IMG/VR virus record: IMGVR_UViG_3300032305_003086
Location: 62,599-126,598 of that record
From: a virus
Lineage: Duplodnaviria; Caudoviricetes
Strand: one strand, 5' to 3'
DNA: 64,000 bases
In this document: positions 10,376-20,559 of the stretch, in pieces
Numbering within the stretch: the stretch's first letter is position 1
Layout: every line of letters begins with the position of its first letter
Notes under the pieces: model-generated
Database searches by the model: none
Told to the model about the DNA's origin: nothing
The model's input: the letters and a program-made list of their open reading frames with translations, nothing else
Made by a program: the position numbers and the translations under genes

Positions 10376-11747
10376 GAGTTTATTTTATATTGATCCAAAA
10401 TTAATATTAAATAAATTTTTCCCATTAATTGGGATTTTTTTTCTATTTAACGATCAAAAAATAAATCTATTTTTATCAATTATCAATCTATTTTTTATAT
10501 TGATCCCCATAACCCGAAGGCCCGATATTGAATCAAATAAAAAATTAATTGGGGAGAGACTAGAGGTTTTGAATTTGGCTATTTTAAATTTTATTTTGCC
10601 AATTTTCATCCCTTTGTGCTTAAAAAAAATATCAATATTTCCTCCTGAAGATTTCGCTGATTCTTATTCTTTCACCAATAAAAAATTTTTATTTAATCAC
10701 GGTAGGCTTTCTTTCAATATTCTTTTTTACTCATGTTTTTTTAGCATTTTTTCTTTGTTCGGACAACAAGTAATTTGTAGTTTAATACTAGCCCTAAGTC
10801 TTAACGAATACATTGTGCCGGGATTAAAAAAAATATCATTGGGTAAAAATTGGCACGATTGGTTGATTAATGAAAAAATAGGTTTTTTACATTATTGGTC
10901 AAGAAAATACGGATGGGCAAATTTCATATCAGAAAAAAAATCTAATCTTATATGTTTTTTATTAAACAACAATAATTTTATCTTAAATTTATCTTGTTTG
11001 ATTTTTGAATTAATGGGTCCAATTTTCATTTTGACAAATTTTTCAAAAAATTTTTGGTGTTACGGAACAGTTTTGTTCCACGCAATCGTGTTCCTGTCTG
11101 CGGGAATATTGTTTTGGCAGAATATAATTTTAGTTTATATGTTAACCTTATTGGACTCTTACAACATATTTTTAGTTTGGTTTTTATGTATTTTATTTAT
11201 AGACAAAACAAAAACAAGACCATTAGGATGGATATCTACAAGATTGTGTGAAAAAATAGAAATTATTGGAGTATTAGAGGATGATAGTGAAAAAATTTTA
11301 GCAAACAATATTTTTGGAACAAGAGAAAGAACAATCGGCATCAGATACGGAAGAACACTGTTAGATGGAAATTATAGAACATTTCACATAGGAGAAACTT
11401 CTTTAGAACAAGCAAATAAAATAGAAGAATCGACCATAGAAGAACTAAAAAATTATCACTACAAGTTTAAGCCGAATATGAAATGGTTAAGATACTTCAA
11501 AAAATTTATAGAATATTCAAAAAAGCCTGAAAGTTGGATATGGGAAAAAATCGTTCCTGAAGGTCAAATTTTTTACACTCAGAAAGACAAATATCATTTC
11601 GAAAAACCACTTAAAAGTATTAAATTTGTTCTTAAAATTTGGTATTTAGATAAAAATTACAAAGAGCATTTACTGGAAGAAAAAGTCTTAAAAACTATAA
11701 AATCAAATGAGACCAAACTTGTTGAAGAAGCAAGGAAAATAAATTAA
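10362..11747 (+). CDS. polytopic membrane protein (HTTM-like)
   Basis: Many hydrophobic segments; GLKKI and FH...GILFW resemble HTTM domains. Confidence 0.5.
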   Translation: MLKNKSLFYIDPKLILNKFFPLIGIFFLFNDQKINLFLSIINLFFILIPITRRPDIESNKKLIGERLEVLNLAILNFILPIFIPLCLKKISIFPPEDFADSYSFTNKKFLFNHGRLSFNILFYSCFFSIFSLFGQQVICSLILALSLNEYIVPGLKKISLGKNWHDWLINEKIGFLHYWSRKYGWANFISEKKSNLICFLLNNNNFILNLSCLIFELMGPIFILTNFSKNFWCYGTVLFHAIVFLSAGILFWQNIILVYMLTLLDSYNIFLVWFLCILFIDKTKTRPLGWISTRLCEKIEIIGVLEDDSEKILANNIFGTRERTIGIRYGRTLLDGNYRTFHIGETSLEQANKIEESTIEELKNYHYKFKPNMKWLRYFKKFIEYSKKPESWIWEKIVPEGQIFYTQKDKYHFEKPLKSIKFVLKIWYLDKNYKEHLLEEKVLKTIKSNETKLVEEARKIN

Positions 11748-11758
11748 ATAAATTTGTA

Positions 11759-11786
11759 TTGATTTTCACAATGAAATCAATACAAT
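11759..11786 (+). promoter_or_regulatory. sigma70-like promoter overlapped by a 12-bp inverted repeat
   Basis: TTGATT-16-TACAAT; inverted repeat 11754-11765/11774-11785; ATG 7 nt downstream. Confidence 0.6.
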
Positions 11787-11793
11787 ATGTGCT

Positions 11794-13200
11794 ATGTCTA
11801 CCACTTTAAAAATAGAAAATTGCTATAGTCAGTTGCTATCCGATAATATGGATATGCTATGTGTGTTATACAATAATATGAGATTTAGAGAAAGAAACTA
11901 CTTCCATAGCAGATTGTACAAACAAAAATTATGGGATGGATATACCGATTTTTTTAGCAAAAAAACAGGCAAGTTTCTAACGGGATTATTGCCCGAAGTC
12001 CAAGCTGCTTTGGATCACTTAAATGAAAAATACGAAGTGGTAGATAACAGACAACTAGTCAACTTCACAGTTGATCAAATAGATGAAAATTTTCTTGATG
12101 GATTTGAATTATACGACTATCAAGTAGATCTAGCCAATGCATTAATCAAACATAAAAGAGGAGTAATATGTGCTCCAACGGCTGCGGGAAAGACGGCTAT
12201 TATGTTGTCTATTCTAAAAGCTCTACCTAAAAACTGCCCTACTTTGATTCTTGCAAATAAAAAAAGCTTAGTAGAACAAAATTATGAAGAAATGGTAAAA
12301 GCTGGCTTTGATAGTGTTGGAAGATTATACGCAAATCATAACGAACCAAATGTACTAACATGTGCAACTGTTCAATCTTTGCACAAAATGGAACCTTTAT
12401 TAGATAAAATAAAAGCCGTTGTAGTGGATGAAATACATGAAAACATGAGCAAAGAACCCAAAAAATTTCTAAATAAAATGAAAAGTTGCTCTGTTCGTGT
12501 AGCAGTTAGTGCAACTCCATTTAAATTTGGGGGAAAAGATCTTTGTCAAAAGTGGCTAGTAAAAGGCTATTTCGGACCAATATTAAAATCAAAAAGTGCA
12601 GGTGGTGTTCTCAGTACAAAACATTTGCAGGAAAGAGGAATGCTAGCCAAGTCAAGATGTACTTTTTATCCAGTACGAGAACCAGAACTAAAATATGAAA
12701 TTTATTTAGACGCAGTAACCCGTGGAATAGCAGAGAATTGGGGATTTCATGATTTGGTGAAAAAATTATCAAATAAGCTTGAGGGAAGAACTCTTATTTT
12801 AGTTGATAGAATAGCTCATGGAGATGCTTTATTTTCTATGATGCCACATTCTTTATGGGTTCAAGGAAAAGATGATCTTGAAACAAGAAAAATGGTAATT
12901 GAGAAGCTTAAATACAGCAAAGAAAAAACCATAGCAATTGCGACTCAACAAATTTTTAACGCGGGCATTAATGTTAAGACTCATAATGTCATTAACGCAG
13001 CAGGTGGTCAGGCCGATCATCATATAATTCAAAGAGTTGGAAGAGGACTTAGAACAGCAGAGGATAAAGATATATTGAACTATTATGATTTTATTTTTCA
13101 TAATAATCAATATCTTTTAAATCACAGTAGAAAAAGAATAAAAATTTTACAGAAAGAAGGACATGAAATAATAATTAAGGAAAACACTAATGATATTTGA
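11794..13200 (+). CDS. uvsW: UvsW-like SF2 helicase
   Basis: APTAAGKT, DEIH, SATP, QRVGRGLR; architecture of T4 UvsW. Confidence 0.8.
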   Translation: MSTTLKIENCYSQLLSDNMDMLCVLYNNMRFRERNYFHSRLYKQKLWDGYTDFFSKKTGKFLTGLLPEVQAALDHLNEKYEVVDNRQLVNFTVDQIDENFLDGFELYDYQVDLANALIKHKRGVICAPTAAGKTAIMLSILKALPKNCPTLILANKKSLVEQNYEEMVKAGFDSVGRLYANHNEPNVLTCATVQSLHKMEPLLDKIKAVVVDEIHENMSKEPKKFLNKMKSCSVRVAVSATPFKFGGKDLCQKWLVKGYFGPILKSKSAGGVLSTKHLQERGMLAKSRCTFYPVREPELKYEIYLDAVTRGIAENWGFHDLVKKLSNKLEGRTLILVDRIAHGDALFSMMPHSLWVQGKDDLETRKMVIEKLKYSKEKTIAIATQQIFNAGINVKTHNVINAAGGQADHHIIQRVGRGLRTAEDKDILNYYDFIFHNNQYLLNHSRKRIKILQKEGHEIIIKENTNDI

Positions 13201-14722
13201 AGAAAATTTTGAAAATAAAAAAGCAACAAAAAAAATAAAAATCAAATGTGATTTCTGTGGTGATTTATTTGAAAGAACCAAATTTGAAATACTAAGAGGT
13301 AGAAAAATAATACAAAAAGATTCTTGTTCTAATAAAAAATGCGTGTCTGAGAAGCGACAACAATCTAATATAATAAAATACGGATTCCCAAATCCATCTC
13401 AAAATAAAAATATTAGAAAAAAACAAGAAGAAACCTTGTATAAGAAATATGGAGTAAAAACCCCAGCCAAAAGCGAAATTATAAAAAGCAAAATGGCTCA
13501 AACAAATTTAATAAAATACGGAAATAAATGCTCCCTACATTCAGAAGAAAATAAAATAAAAACAAAAAATACATGGAAAAAAAAATATGGTTTTGAACAT
13601 CCATTTGCTTCTCCTATAGTCCGAAAAAAAATATATCAGACAATGGATGAAAAGTATGGAAAACACTTTACTAAAACCGAAAATTTTATTGAAAAAACAA
13701 AAAAAACTTGCATAATAAAATATGGATTCGAACATCATTCTCAAAATGAATCAACAAAGAAAAAAAGAAAACAAACAAACAAAATAAAATATGGCTGTGA
13801 ATATCCTTCTCAAAATCAAGAAATATTAAAAAAAATATTTTTATTGGGAAATCAATTTAAAAATTATGGAAAAACACAAAAAGAAATAAAAAATTACCTA
13901 GAGGCTGTGAGCAATCTAAAATTCGAATCAATCAGAATTGAAAACAAAGAAATAGACATTTTCAATGAGAAAAAAAACATAGGAATAGAATATTGCGGAC
14001 TATTTTGGCACAACGAAGATTCGCCAGATCCAAGAGATAGAAATTATCATTTTAAAAAATATCAATTATGCAAATCCAAAGAAATCAGATTAATTACAAT
14101 ATTTGAGGATGAATGGATCAATAAAAAAGATCAATGCAAAAATTATATTAAATCAGTTTTTGGAATATTTGAAAATAAAATATTTGCTAGAAAATGCATA
14201 ATAAAATCATTAGATAAAAAAATATCTAATGATTTTTATAACAAACATCACATTCAAGGAAAGCCAAGCAATACTAAAATTTCTTTTGGCATCTACTACA
14301 AAGAAGAATTGCTTGGTGTGATGAGTTTGGGGAATCATCATAGAAAATGCAATAATATCGTTTTAAATAGATTGTGTTTTAAAGAAAACTATCAAATAAT
14401 AGGCGGAGCCAGCAAATTACTTAGTGAATGTATAAATTGGTGCAAAAAAAATAAGATAAATAAAATAACAACATGGAGTGACAACAGATGGTCGCAAGGA
14501 AAAGTATATGAAAAGATGAATTTTTATTTAGAAAAGGAATTAAAACCAGATTATAGCTATGTAAACTTAAATAAAAAATATTGCAGACTATCTAAACAAT
14601 CTCAAAAAAAATCATCCACAAAGTGTCCAGCTAATACAACAGAAAAAGAATTTGCAAATAAAAATAATTTGTCAAGAATATGGGATTGTGGAAAAAAAAG
14701 ATGGATCTATAATATTTTTTAA
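13190..14722 (+). CDS. free-standing homing-endonuclease-like protein
   Basis: KYG-repeat N-terminus, PD-(D/E)xK/Vsr-like core (EIDIF...GIEYCGLFWH...IFEDEW), C-terminal GGASKL...SDNRWS...IWDCG domain. Confidence 0.7.
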   Translation: MIFEENFENKKATKKIKIKCDFCGDLFERTKFEILRGRKIIQKDSCSNKKCVSEKRQQSNIIKYGFPNPSQNKNIRKKQEETLYKKYGVKTPAKSEIIKSKMAQTNLIKYGNKCSLHSEENKIKTKNTWKKKYGFEHPFASPIVRKKIYQTMDEKYGKHFTKTENFIEKTKKTCIIKYGFEHHSQNESTKKKRKQTNKIKYGCEYPSQNQEILKKIFLLGNQFKNYGKTQKEIKNYLEAVSNLKFESIRIENKEIDIFNEKKNIGIEYCGLFWHNEDSPDPRDRNYHFKKYQLCKSKEIRLITIFEDEWINKKDQCKNYIKSVFGIFENKIFARKCIIKSLDKKISNDFYNKHHIQGKPSNTKISFGIYYKEELLGVMSLGNHHRKCNNIVLNRLCFKENYQIIGGASKLLSECINWCKKNKINKITTWSDNRWSQGKVYEKMNFYLEKELKPDYSYVNLNKKYCRLSKQSQKKSSTKCPANTTEKEFANKNNLSRIWDCGKKRWIYNIF

Positions 14723-14777
14723 TAACTACGGCTTTACTTGACCGCCAGAAAATCTTCGCTAAATAAAAATAAGCATT

Positions 14778-15290
14778 TCATATAACCACTGATCTAGGCT
14801 TGCTTGAACTCAAAATATTTTGAATGGCGGTCATTTTGCTTTGTAAGGTATCATTTACCAATTTTTGTGCAAATCCTGAGCTTATAGATCCGTTATTAAT
14901 TGCTTGAATTATAGAATTTACAATAAGTTGACGCTCTTGATCATTCAATAACGCTTGTGATTCTTCACTGGCACTAACATAAGAATTTATGATTTTGTCA
15001 ATATTTCCAGGTCTATTTTGTGCTTTATTACTAATTCTTGACCTAATTATTTCCGTAGCTTTCATAATAGCCGCATCATCTTGTATTTTTTTAACAACAT
15101 TTCTTCTTTGACCCAAAGCAGCATCAAATATGTTTTTTGCCAAACCAAGTCCAGTAGCATCAATTACAGCACTTGTTGCTACTTTTTTTACACTGTTAAG
15201 TGTATCCCCGGCTATTTGCATATTCGTTATATCGCCCACAAGCCGTTTGTTGTCTTCTAAAAGTTCTAAAAATTCTTTAAATGTTTTCAC
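14778..15290 (-). CDS. putative internal head protein
   Basis: N-terminus MKTFKEFLELLE resembles the T4 capsid-targeting sequence. Confidence 0.5.
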   Translation of the reverse strand: MKTFKEFLELLEDNKRLVGDITNMQIAGDTLNSVKKVATSAVIDATGLGLAKNIFDAALGQRRNVVKKIQDDAAIMKATEIIRSRISNKAQNRPGNIDKIINSYVSASEESQALLNDQERQLIVNSIIQAINNGSISSGFAQKLVNDTLQSKMTAIQNILSSSKPRSVVI

Positions 15291-15595
15291 TGTATCCTCG
15301 CATTAGGAGCTAAATTTTCACCTTTTAATTTTTCTATTAGATCTTGAATTAATAATCCTCTTTTTACCATTGTTTTAATATAAATTAGCTTATTTGGATT
15401 TGATTCGAAAATATTTTTAATTAAACCTAAATTTAAAAAATCATCTATTATTTTATTGCTAAATTCATTAGTGCTTCTTCTAAGAATTTCTTTTTTGCCT
15501 TGGTCGGATAAAACCTCAGATCCGCCAAAAATGCCTATAACAGCATCAGAAATATAATCGTCCTTTTCTTCTAACCAAATGGAGAACTTTTTCAT
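15287..15595 (-). CDS. putative internal head protein
   Basis: N-terminus MKKFSIWLEE. Confidence 0.5.
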   Translation of the reverse strand: MKKFSIWLEEKDDYISDAVIGIFGGSEVLSDQGKKEILRRSTNEFSNKIIDDFLNLGLIKNIFESNPNKLIYIKTMVKRGLLIQDLIEKLKGENLAPNARIQ

Positions 15596-15617
15596 AGTAA
15601 TATATATATTACTATGA
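15592..15617. promoter_or_regulatory. 26-bp perfect palindrome holding two divergent start codons (bidirectional promoter candidate)
   Basis: TCATAGTAATATATATATTACTATGA equals its own reverse complement; CAT 15593-15595 and ATG 15614-15616. Confidence 0.7.
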
Positions 15618-16414
15618 GAATATCATTTAAAAACTGGCTAATGAGGGAAGCTAATGACATATTTGGCTTTCAAAAAACAGATAATAAAAAAGTAGAAGTC
15701 CAGAATGACAAGCCCGTAAAGCGAATAAATATAGAATTAATGATGAGCGAATTATTAAAAATGCCGCTAAATGGGATAATGCCATTTAGTAAATTTTTAA
15801 ATCAAATTCAATGGGGAGAAAATAACGGAGCAATTCAAATGGTAATAAGCCCATTAGGATCTTTCAAAAGCATTATAAGGGGAATGCAAGTAGATTTAGA
15901 AGGAAATCAAGCCTGGATATGTAAAGGTATTATTCCTTACCTAGACACAAACAATACTGAATTTCAAATTGATGAGGATATGGCTCATATGCTATTTGAA
16001 AAAATAGAACAAACCAATCAAAAACAATTAGAATCTGCAATCGGCAATTACTCTAACTTAGAAAATTTAGTAGTAAAGCTAGCAAATGAAACTCAAAGGA
16101 AAAAATTTCTGCCAGAAATATTCATTTTCAGAGGCGTAAAGGAAATCAAGCATAATGAGCATTATATTATACAGTTTGAATGCAGAGGACAAGGAGTAGA
16201 AGCTCCAGGAGGAGCCAGATTACAAATGTTCGCCATAGAAATGACATATAATACAAAAAATGGACTTATTAGATCTTTTGGACATGATATTCAATCTCCT
16301 AAAAAAGGACACGTTTGGAGTCTGCAGCCATCAGAATGGGATGAATACTTCTCACCGGCACAACCGCCATCGGAAATAGTAGATTGCATTTGCAGTGCTC
16401 TAAGCACTTATTAA
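15614..16414 (+). CDS. hypothetical protein with capsid-targeting-like N-terminus
   Basis: MRISFKNWLMRE; long ORF. Confidence 0.55.
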   Translation: MRISFKNWLMREANDIFGFQKTDNKKVEVQNDKPVKRINIELMMSELLKMPLNGIMPFSKFLNQIQWGENNGAIQMVISPLGSFKSIIRGMQVDLEGNQAWICKGIIPYLDTNNTEFQIDEDMAHMLFEKIEQTNQKQLESAIGNYSNLENLVVKLANETQRKKFLPEIFIFRGVKEIKHNEHYIIQFECRGQGVEAPGGARLQMFAIEMTYNTKNGLIRSFGHDIQSPKKGHVWSLQPSEWDEYFSPAQPPSEIVDCICSALSTY

Positions 16415-16419
16415 AAATT

Positions 16420-16878
16420 ATGAAATTTTCAGAATTTATAAAATTAAAAGAAATGATGGGTTCGGTAGGATCAATTGTATCCTGTAAAGACTTGAATAAT
16501 CCCAATTTTCAAGTTCAAGGGGCAGTTTCTAACCTAAGATGCAAAAAGAAAAAAGATAAAATATTGAAAATGAAATTCAATACAAATGAAAGCATTTCAA
16601 TAACACTATCAGAAAAAGCCGAAATTAAGACTAATTTTCCAGAAGCTGACTTTTGGATAATAAGAAAAGGAACTGAGGACAAGGTTGGAAGTCCCACAAA
16701 AGAGTTCAGCCCAGAGCACATAGGAATAAAAGTCATTTCTGATGATCTACTGCCAGATTATTTATATTACGCCATGCAATATATACATTCTACTGGTTAT
16801 TATCGTCCTTTAGCTCATGGAACACTGAAGCTAAAAAACATTAAGGTATCAGATGTTTCTAATATTAAATTAGGATAA
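16420..16878 (+). CDS. capsid-targeting-motif protein with HsdS-TRD-like C-terminus
   Basis: Start reassigned to ATG 16420 (MKFSEFIKLKE); ADFWIIRKG...LLPDYLYY...GT..KNI resembles type I RM specificity domains. Confidence 0.5.
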   Translation: MKFSEFIKLKEMMGSVGSIVSCKDLNNPNFQVQGAVSNLRCKKKKDKILKMKFNTNESISITLSEKAEIKTNFPEADFWIIRKGTEDKVGSPTKEFSPEHIGIKVISDDLLPDYLYYAMQYIHSTGYYRPLAHGTLKLKNIKVSDVSNIKLG

Positions 16879-16880
16879 TT

Positions 16881-17339
16881 ATGAATAAAAACGACACAAA
16901 TATTAAAAATGCAATTGTAGACATAGCTAAAAGTTTAGAAACAGTATTTAAAAAATATTCTAAAAGCACAAGAGAAAAAGCCTGGGACAAAATAACAAGC
17001 AAAGATGGCGAAAAAGAAATAAAAAAAATAATTGTTGACCCCAATAGACCAATAAATACATTTCAGAAATTAGCAACACAAAAAGATGAGTCTTGCAAAT
17101 TTTCAAAATGGCTAGAACTAAGAGAAGATTCAGAAGATTCGGAAGAATTAAAACACTACATGTTTTTTTCAAATCTCAAAGCAATAAAAGAAAAAGCAGA
17201 TAAATTATTGCAAATGGATCCTAAAAAATTAGACAAAATGATTGAAGATGGACACGATTGGGCATCAGATCATATATCGTCATCAAGAGATGATATAGAA
17301 GAAGTATACAACTGGATATCGGGGGAGGTTGAGCAATGA
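16881..17339 (+). CDS. putative head protein
   Basis: Internal KFSKWLELRE motif; HYMFFSNL...HDWA..HI domain seen in large phages. Confidence 0.5.
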   Translation: MNKNDTNIKNAIVDIAKSLETVFKKYSKSTREKAWDKITSKDGEKEIKKIIVDPNRPINTFQKLATQKDESCKFSKWLELREDSEDSEELKHYMFFSNLKAIKEKADKLLQMDPKKLDKMIEDGHDWASDHISSSRDDIEEVYNWISGEVEQ

Positions 17340-17743
17340 AATTTAGTGAATGGTTAGAAATAAGAGAAGAAAAAGATGCTTGTTATTATAAAGTAAAAGC
17401 TAGTGCATCTGTTTGGCCCTCTGCCTATGCTAGCGGAAGGCTTGTGCAATGCAGGAAAAAAGGAGCTAAGAATTATGGAAAAAAAAGAGAACAAGTAGAA
17501 ATAAATGAGTCTAAGTTCAAACTGGAAAAGGAAAGAGGCCTAAAAGGTTGGTTTGATAGAAACAATGGCAAGGGATGGATAGATTGCAAAGCAAGCAAAA
17601 AAGGAAATTTGGTACCTTGTGGAAGAAAAAAAACAGGCAAAGGAGCAGAAAGAGAATATCCAGCGTGCAGACCAACTTTATCAGCGTGCAATAAAAAAGG
17701 TAAAAAAAGAAAAAAGAGCAGCAAAAGAATAAGTTGGGAATAA
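17336..17743 (+). CDS. basic Cys-containing phage protein with capsid-targeting motif
   Basis: MKFSEWLEIRE; DACYYKVK...WPSAYASG..VQCRK and PCGR...YPACRP motifs common in T4-like aquatic phages. Confidence 0.6.
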   Translation: MKFSEWLEIREEKDACYYKVKASASVWPSAYASGRLVQCRKKGAKNYGKKREQVEINESKFKLEKERGLKGWFDRNNGKGWIDCKASKKGNLVPCGRKKTGKGAEREYPACRPTLSACNKKGKKRKKSSKRISWE

Positions 17744-18726
17744 TGAAAACTTTTTATCAATTTTTAGAAAATATAAATTCTAATTTAGTTAAAATTGAAT
17801 TGGAAAATTTAAAAAAATTATTAACAAAAAAACTTGAAGATTTTTTCACAGACCATGAAGACACAACAGAAGAATTGAAAAATTTCAAATTAGATTTGAA
17901 CTATGTGAAAAAAGAGCTAAAAAATTATCCTAAATTAAATGAACTTATAAATCATTTATCTATTAATAAAAATGATAATAGCTGGTACGATGGACTGCGT
18001 ATTTGGCAAAAGTCTCTACCTTCAGAAGAAGGATATAAGGTTTTCGATGTGATAAGATATCTAATGAAATATCAAGATTCACTAGAAGAAAGAAAAATTG
18101 ATAAAAATGAATATTATAAATATTTGAATGAAGTTTTAGAAAAAACCCAATCAAACATGATGGTAATTAAATCTGATATTGAAAGCTCAATTTATAAAGT
18201 GGATTGGAATGGATCCATTGTAACAATTTTCCCATTACACCATCAAACTGATGAGGATTTCTTATCTCCTTCAATAAGTGCAGAAATTAAAGTTGGGAAT
18301 AAACAAGGAGATTTTCAATATTGGAAAGAAGGAGGAAAATTCATAATAGAAGACATTCTAGAGTCAGATGAAGAAGAATCAAAATATTTTTTCACAAACG
18401 AACAAGAAAAACAAGATTATTTCAATCTGATTTCTCAACTTCAAAATCCAAATAAAAAAGATCAAATACTAACACTATACACAGCAAGACCAGCTAAAGA
18501 TAGAGATTTTTATAGCAAAACAGATTACTTGCCAGCTAATATATTTTTATCAAATAGTTTTAGTCATGTGGATGGACTTGCTGGAGATCTACAAGGAATG
18601 GAAGAAAGAAGAGATATTTACAAAGTAAAAATAAACAGCAAATATCTAATAAAGACACTAGACGGCCCAGTCAAATATTATCAAGTAATAAAAGACTCAC
18701 CAGTAGAATACATTGGATTATATTAA
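17743..18726 (+). CDS. capsid-targeting-motif protein, possible C-terminal ADP-ribosyltransferase-like fold
   Basis: MKTFYQFLE; C-terminal LTLY...IFLSNS...IYKVKI pattern. Confidence 0.45.
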   Translation: MKTFYQFLENINSNLVKIELENLKKLLTKKLEDFFTDHEDTTEELKNFKLDLNYVKKELKNYPKLNELINHLSINKNDNSWYDGLRIWQKSLPSEEGYKVFDVIRYLMKYQDSLEERKIDKNEYYKYLNEVLEKTQSNMMVIKSDIESSIYKVDWNGSIVTIFPLHHQTDEDFLSPSISAEIKVGNKQGDFQYWKEGGKFIIEDILESDEEESKYFFTNEQEKQDYFNLISQLQNPNKKDQILTLYTARPAKDRDFYSKTDYLPANIFLSNSFSHVDGLAGDLQGMEERRDIYKVKINSKYLIKTLDGPVKYYQVIKDSPVEYIGLY

Positions 18727-19622
18727 TCTGAGATTCTCGAACTGATGTAGTCGGCTCGACACAGTATTTTTGCTTCCATAGTTTGAGGAACTACGACAGC
18801 TCCCCATTCTATTTTTTCATGATGAGATAAAATACAATGAGAAACTTTATTTATAAAGTCTTCATCTAATTTGTTTCTAATTGCCGCTTCTCTAAAAATA
18901 AAATTAGAAATAGTAGCATGTCCAATCAAATTTTCTTTTTCTGAATTTATTTTAGGACAGTCTCCATCCATAAAATAAGTTTCTATTTTTCCTAAATCAT
19001 GAAGCCATGCACTTAAATATAAAACATCGGTATTTACATTCTCAGAATAAAAATTTTTATTACAAGATGCATTTGCAATTGCAAGGCAATTACTAAAAAC
19101 TTCACTAGTGTGAATAAAAAGACCACCCTTGTAATTATGATGATGAGCAATTGCTGCTGGTGCGGTGGTGAATTTATCTAGATTTGGTTTTAACAAATCA
19201 GTTAAAAACTTATGATTATTTTTATCCATCCAACAAGAAGAATCACTTAATAATTCGGCAGCAAAAGATAATTGTTTGCTTCTATCTTTGAATATTATTT
19301 TTAAAAAATCTTCGGGCACATCTTCTTGATTTATGTAAATGTGCTCACAATAAAAAGGTTTGTTTTTAGAAGTGGAGTCTAAAGACAAAGTTTTATACAT
19401 ATTCAGTTCATTTTCAGCCTCCGCTAAATCTAAAACTTTTATTTTTATAAAATCTCCAGCTTTTGGAAATTCTTTTTTATTTTTTAAATTCCAGAACTTA
19501 AAAGATAATTTTCCATTTTGAGTACTTGTGTTTATTACATGCGTTATGAAAGAGCCTTTTTCTTGATCTTCAGCACTTTCTACATAAGCATATAAAAATT
19601 GGGCTAATTCTACTTTTTTCAT
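18723..19622 (-). CDS. HD-domain nuclease, YhaM/Cbf1-like
   Basis: OB-like N-terminus; APAAIAHHHNYKGGLFIHT, LHDLGK, GH, ILSHH, ADYIS. Confidence 0.85.
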   Translation of the reverse strand: MKKVELAQFLYAYVESAEDQEKGSFITHVINTSTQNGKLSFKFWNLKNKKEFPKAGDFIKIKVLDLAEAENELNMYKTLSLDSTSKNKPFYCEHIYINQEDVPEDFLKIIFKDRSKQLSFAAELLSDSSCWMDKNNHKFLTDLLKPNLDKFTTAPAAIAHHHNYKGGLFIHTSEVFSNCLAIANASCNKNFYSENVNTDVLYLSAWLHDLGKIETYFMDGDCPKINSEKENLIGHATISNFIFREAAIRNKLDEDFINKVSHCILSHHEKIEWGAVVVPQTMEAKILCRADYISSRISD

Positions 19623-20128
19623 AATATTTGATAAATCTCTGATAAATTTCTGCCTAGACCATTATAGTCTAATCCATAACCAATTACAAATTTATTGGAA
19701 ATGTTAAACCCAACATAATCTAGTTCAATAGAATGAACATCAGGTTTCGAGAGAAGGGTAGCTATTTTTATTGATTTACATTTTATTTTTTTCAACAAAT
19801 AATTGATTGTTTTTCCTGTGTCCACAATATCCTCTACTATTATTATATTTTTTTTTCTTAGATCATCTGTGTTTATTCCGATTATATCTTTTATGCTTTT
19901 AGATTTAGTCCCTTCATATGACTTCACCTTTATAAATGATATTTCAGATTCTAGATTTATTTTTTTATAAAGTTCAGAAGCAAACATAAAAGATCCGTCT
20001 AGAACGCACAAAAATAAGACTTTCTGATTTTTGTAGTCTTTATTTATTTTTCTTGCGATTTGGGAAATTCTTGTTTGAATTTTATTTTTAGAGATAAACT
20101 TTTTGAATTTTTTACTATTGATAATCAT
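19619..20128 (-). CDS. hpt: hypoxanthine phosphoribosyltransferase
   Basis: VLDGSFMF, KSYEGT, IVEDIVDTGKT PRPP loop, FVIGYGLDY. Confidence 0.93.
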   Translation of the reverse strand: MIINSKKFKKFISKNKIQTRISQIARKINKDYKNQKVLFLCVLDGSFMFASELYKKINLESEISFIKVKSYEGTKSKSIKDIIGINTDDLRKKNIIIVEDIVDTGKTINYLLKKIKCKSIKIATLLSKPDVHSIELDYVGFNISNKFVIGYGLDYNGLGRNLSEIYQIL

Positions 20129-20175
20129 TTTAATACTTAATATAATCTCGTTATGGTTACTAACAAGATTATAAC

Positions 20176-20559
20176 ATGGGCAAAACTAGTAAAGAAATAT
20201 TAAATTACAGACATGAATGTGTAGATATCTATAAAATGTCCAAAGGTTGCGAAGAATGTGGATATAATACTCATCCTTACAACTTATGTTTTGACCACCT
20301 ACCCGGTGAAGAAAAGTCAGAACATGTAAAAAATGGATATTCAAAAAGATCAAGTGCAGGCGGAATGTATAGACTTTATGCAAAATCACACTCCATAGAA
20401 GATTTAGTTGGAGAAATGAAAAAGTGTCGAGTTTTATGCAATCATTGCCATATGAAGCATACTCATGGAATCAATAATAAAAGATGCATAAATAATATTT
20501 CTAAAAAAATATCTTCTATAGAAGATTTAGAAAAAATACTTAGAGAATATGAAAATTAA
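20176..20559 (+). CDS. HNH endonuclease
   Basis: CEECG...FDH...KCRVLCNHCH. Confidence 0.75.
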   Translation: MGKTSKEILNYRHECVDIYKMSKGCEECGYNTHPYNLCFDHLPGEEKSEHVKNGYSKRSSAGGMYRLYAKSHSIEDLVGEMKKCRVLCNHCHMKHTHGINNKRCINNISKKISSIEDLEKILREYEN

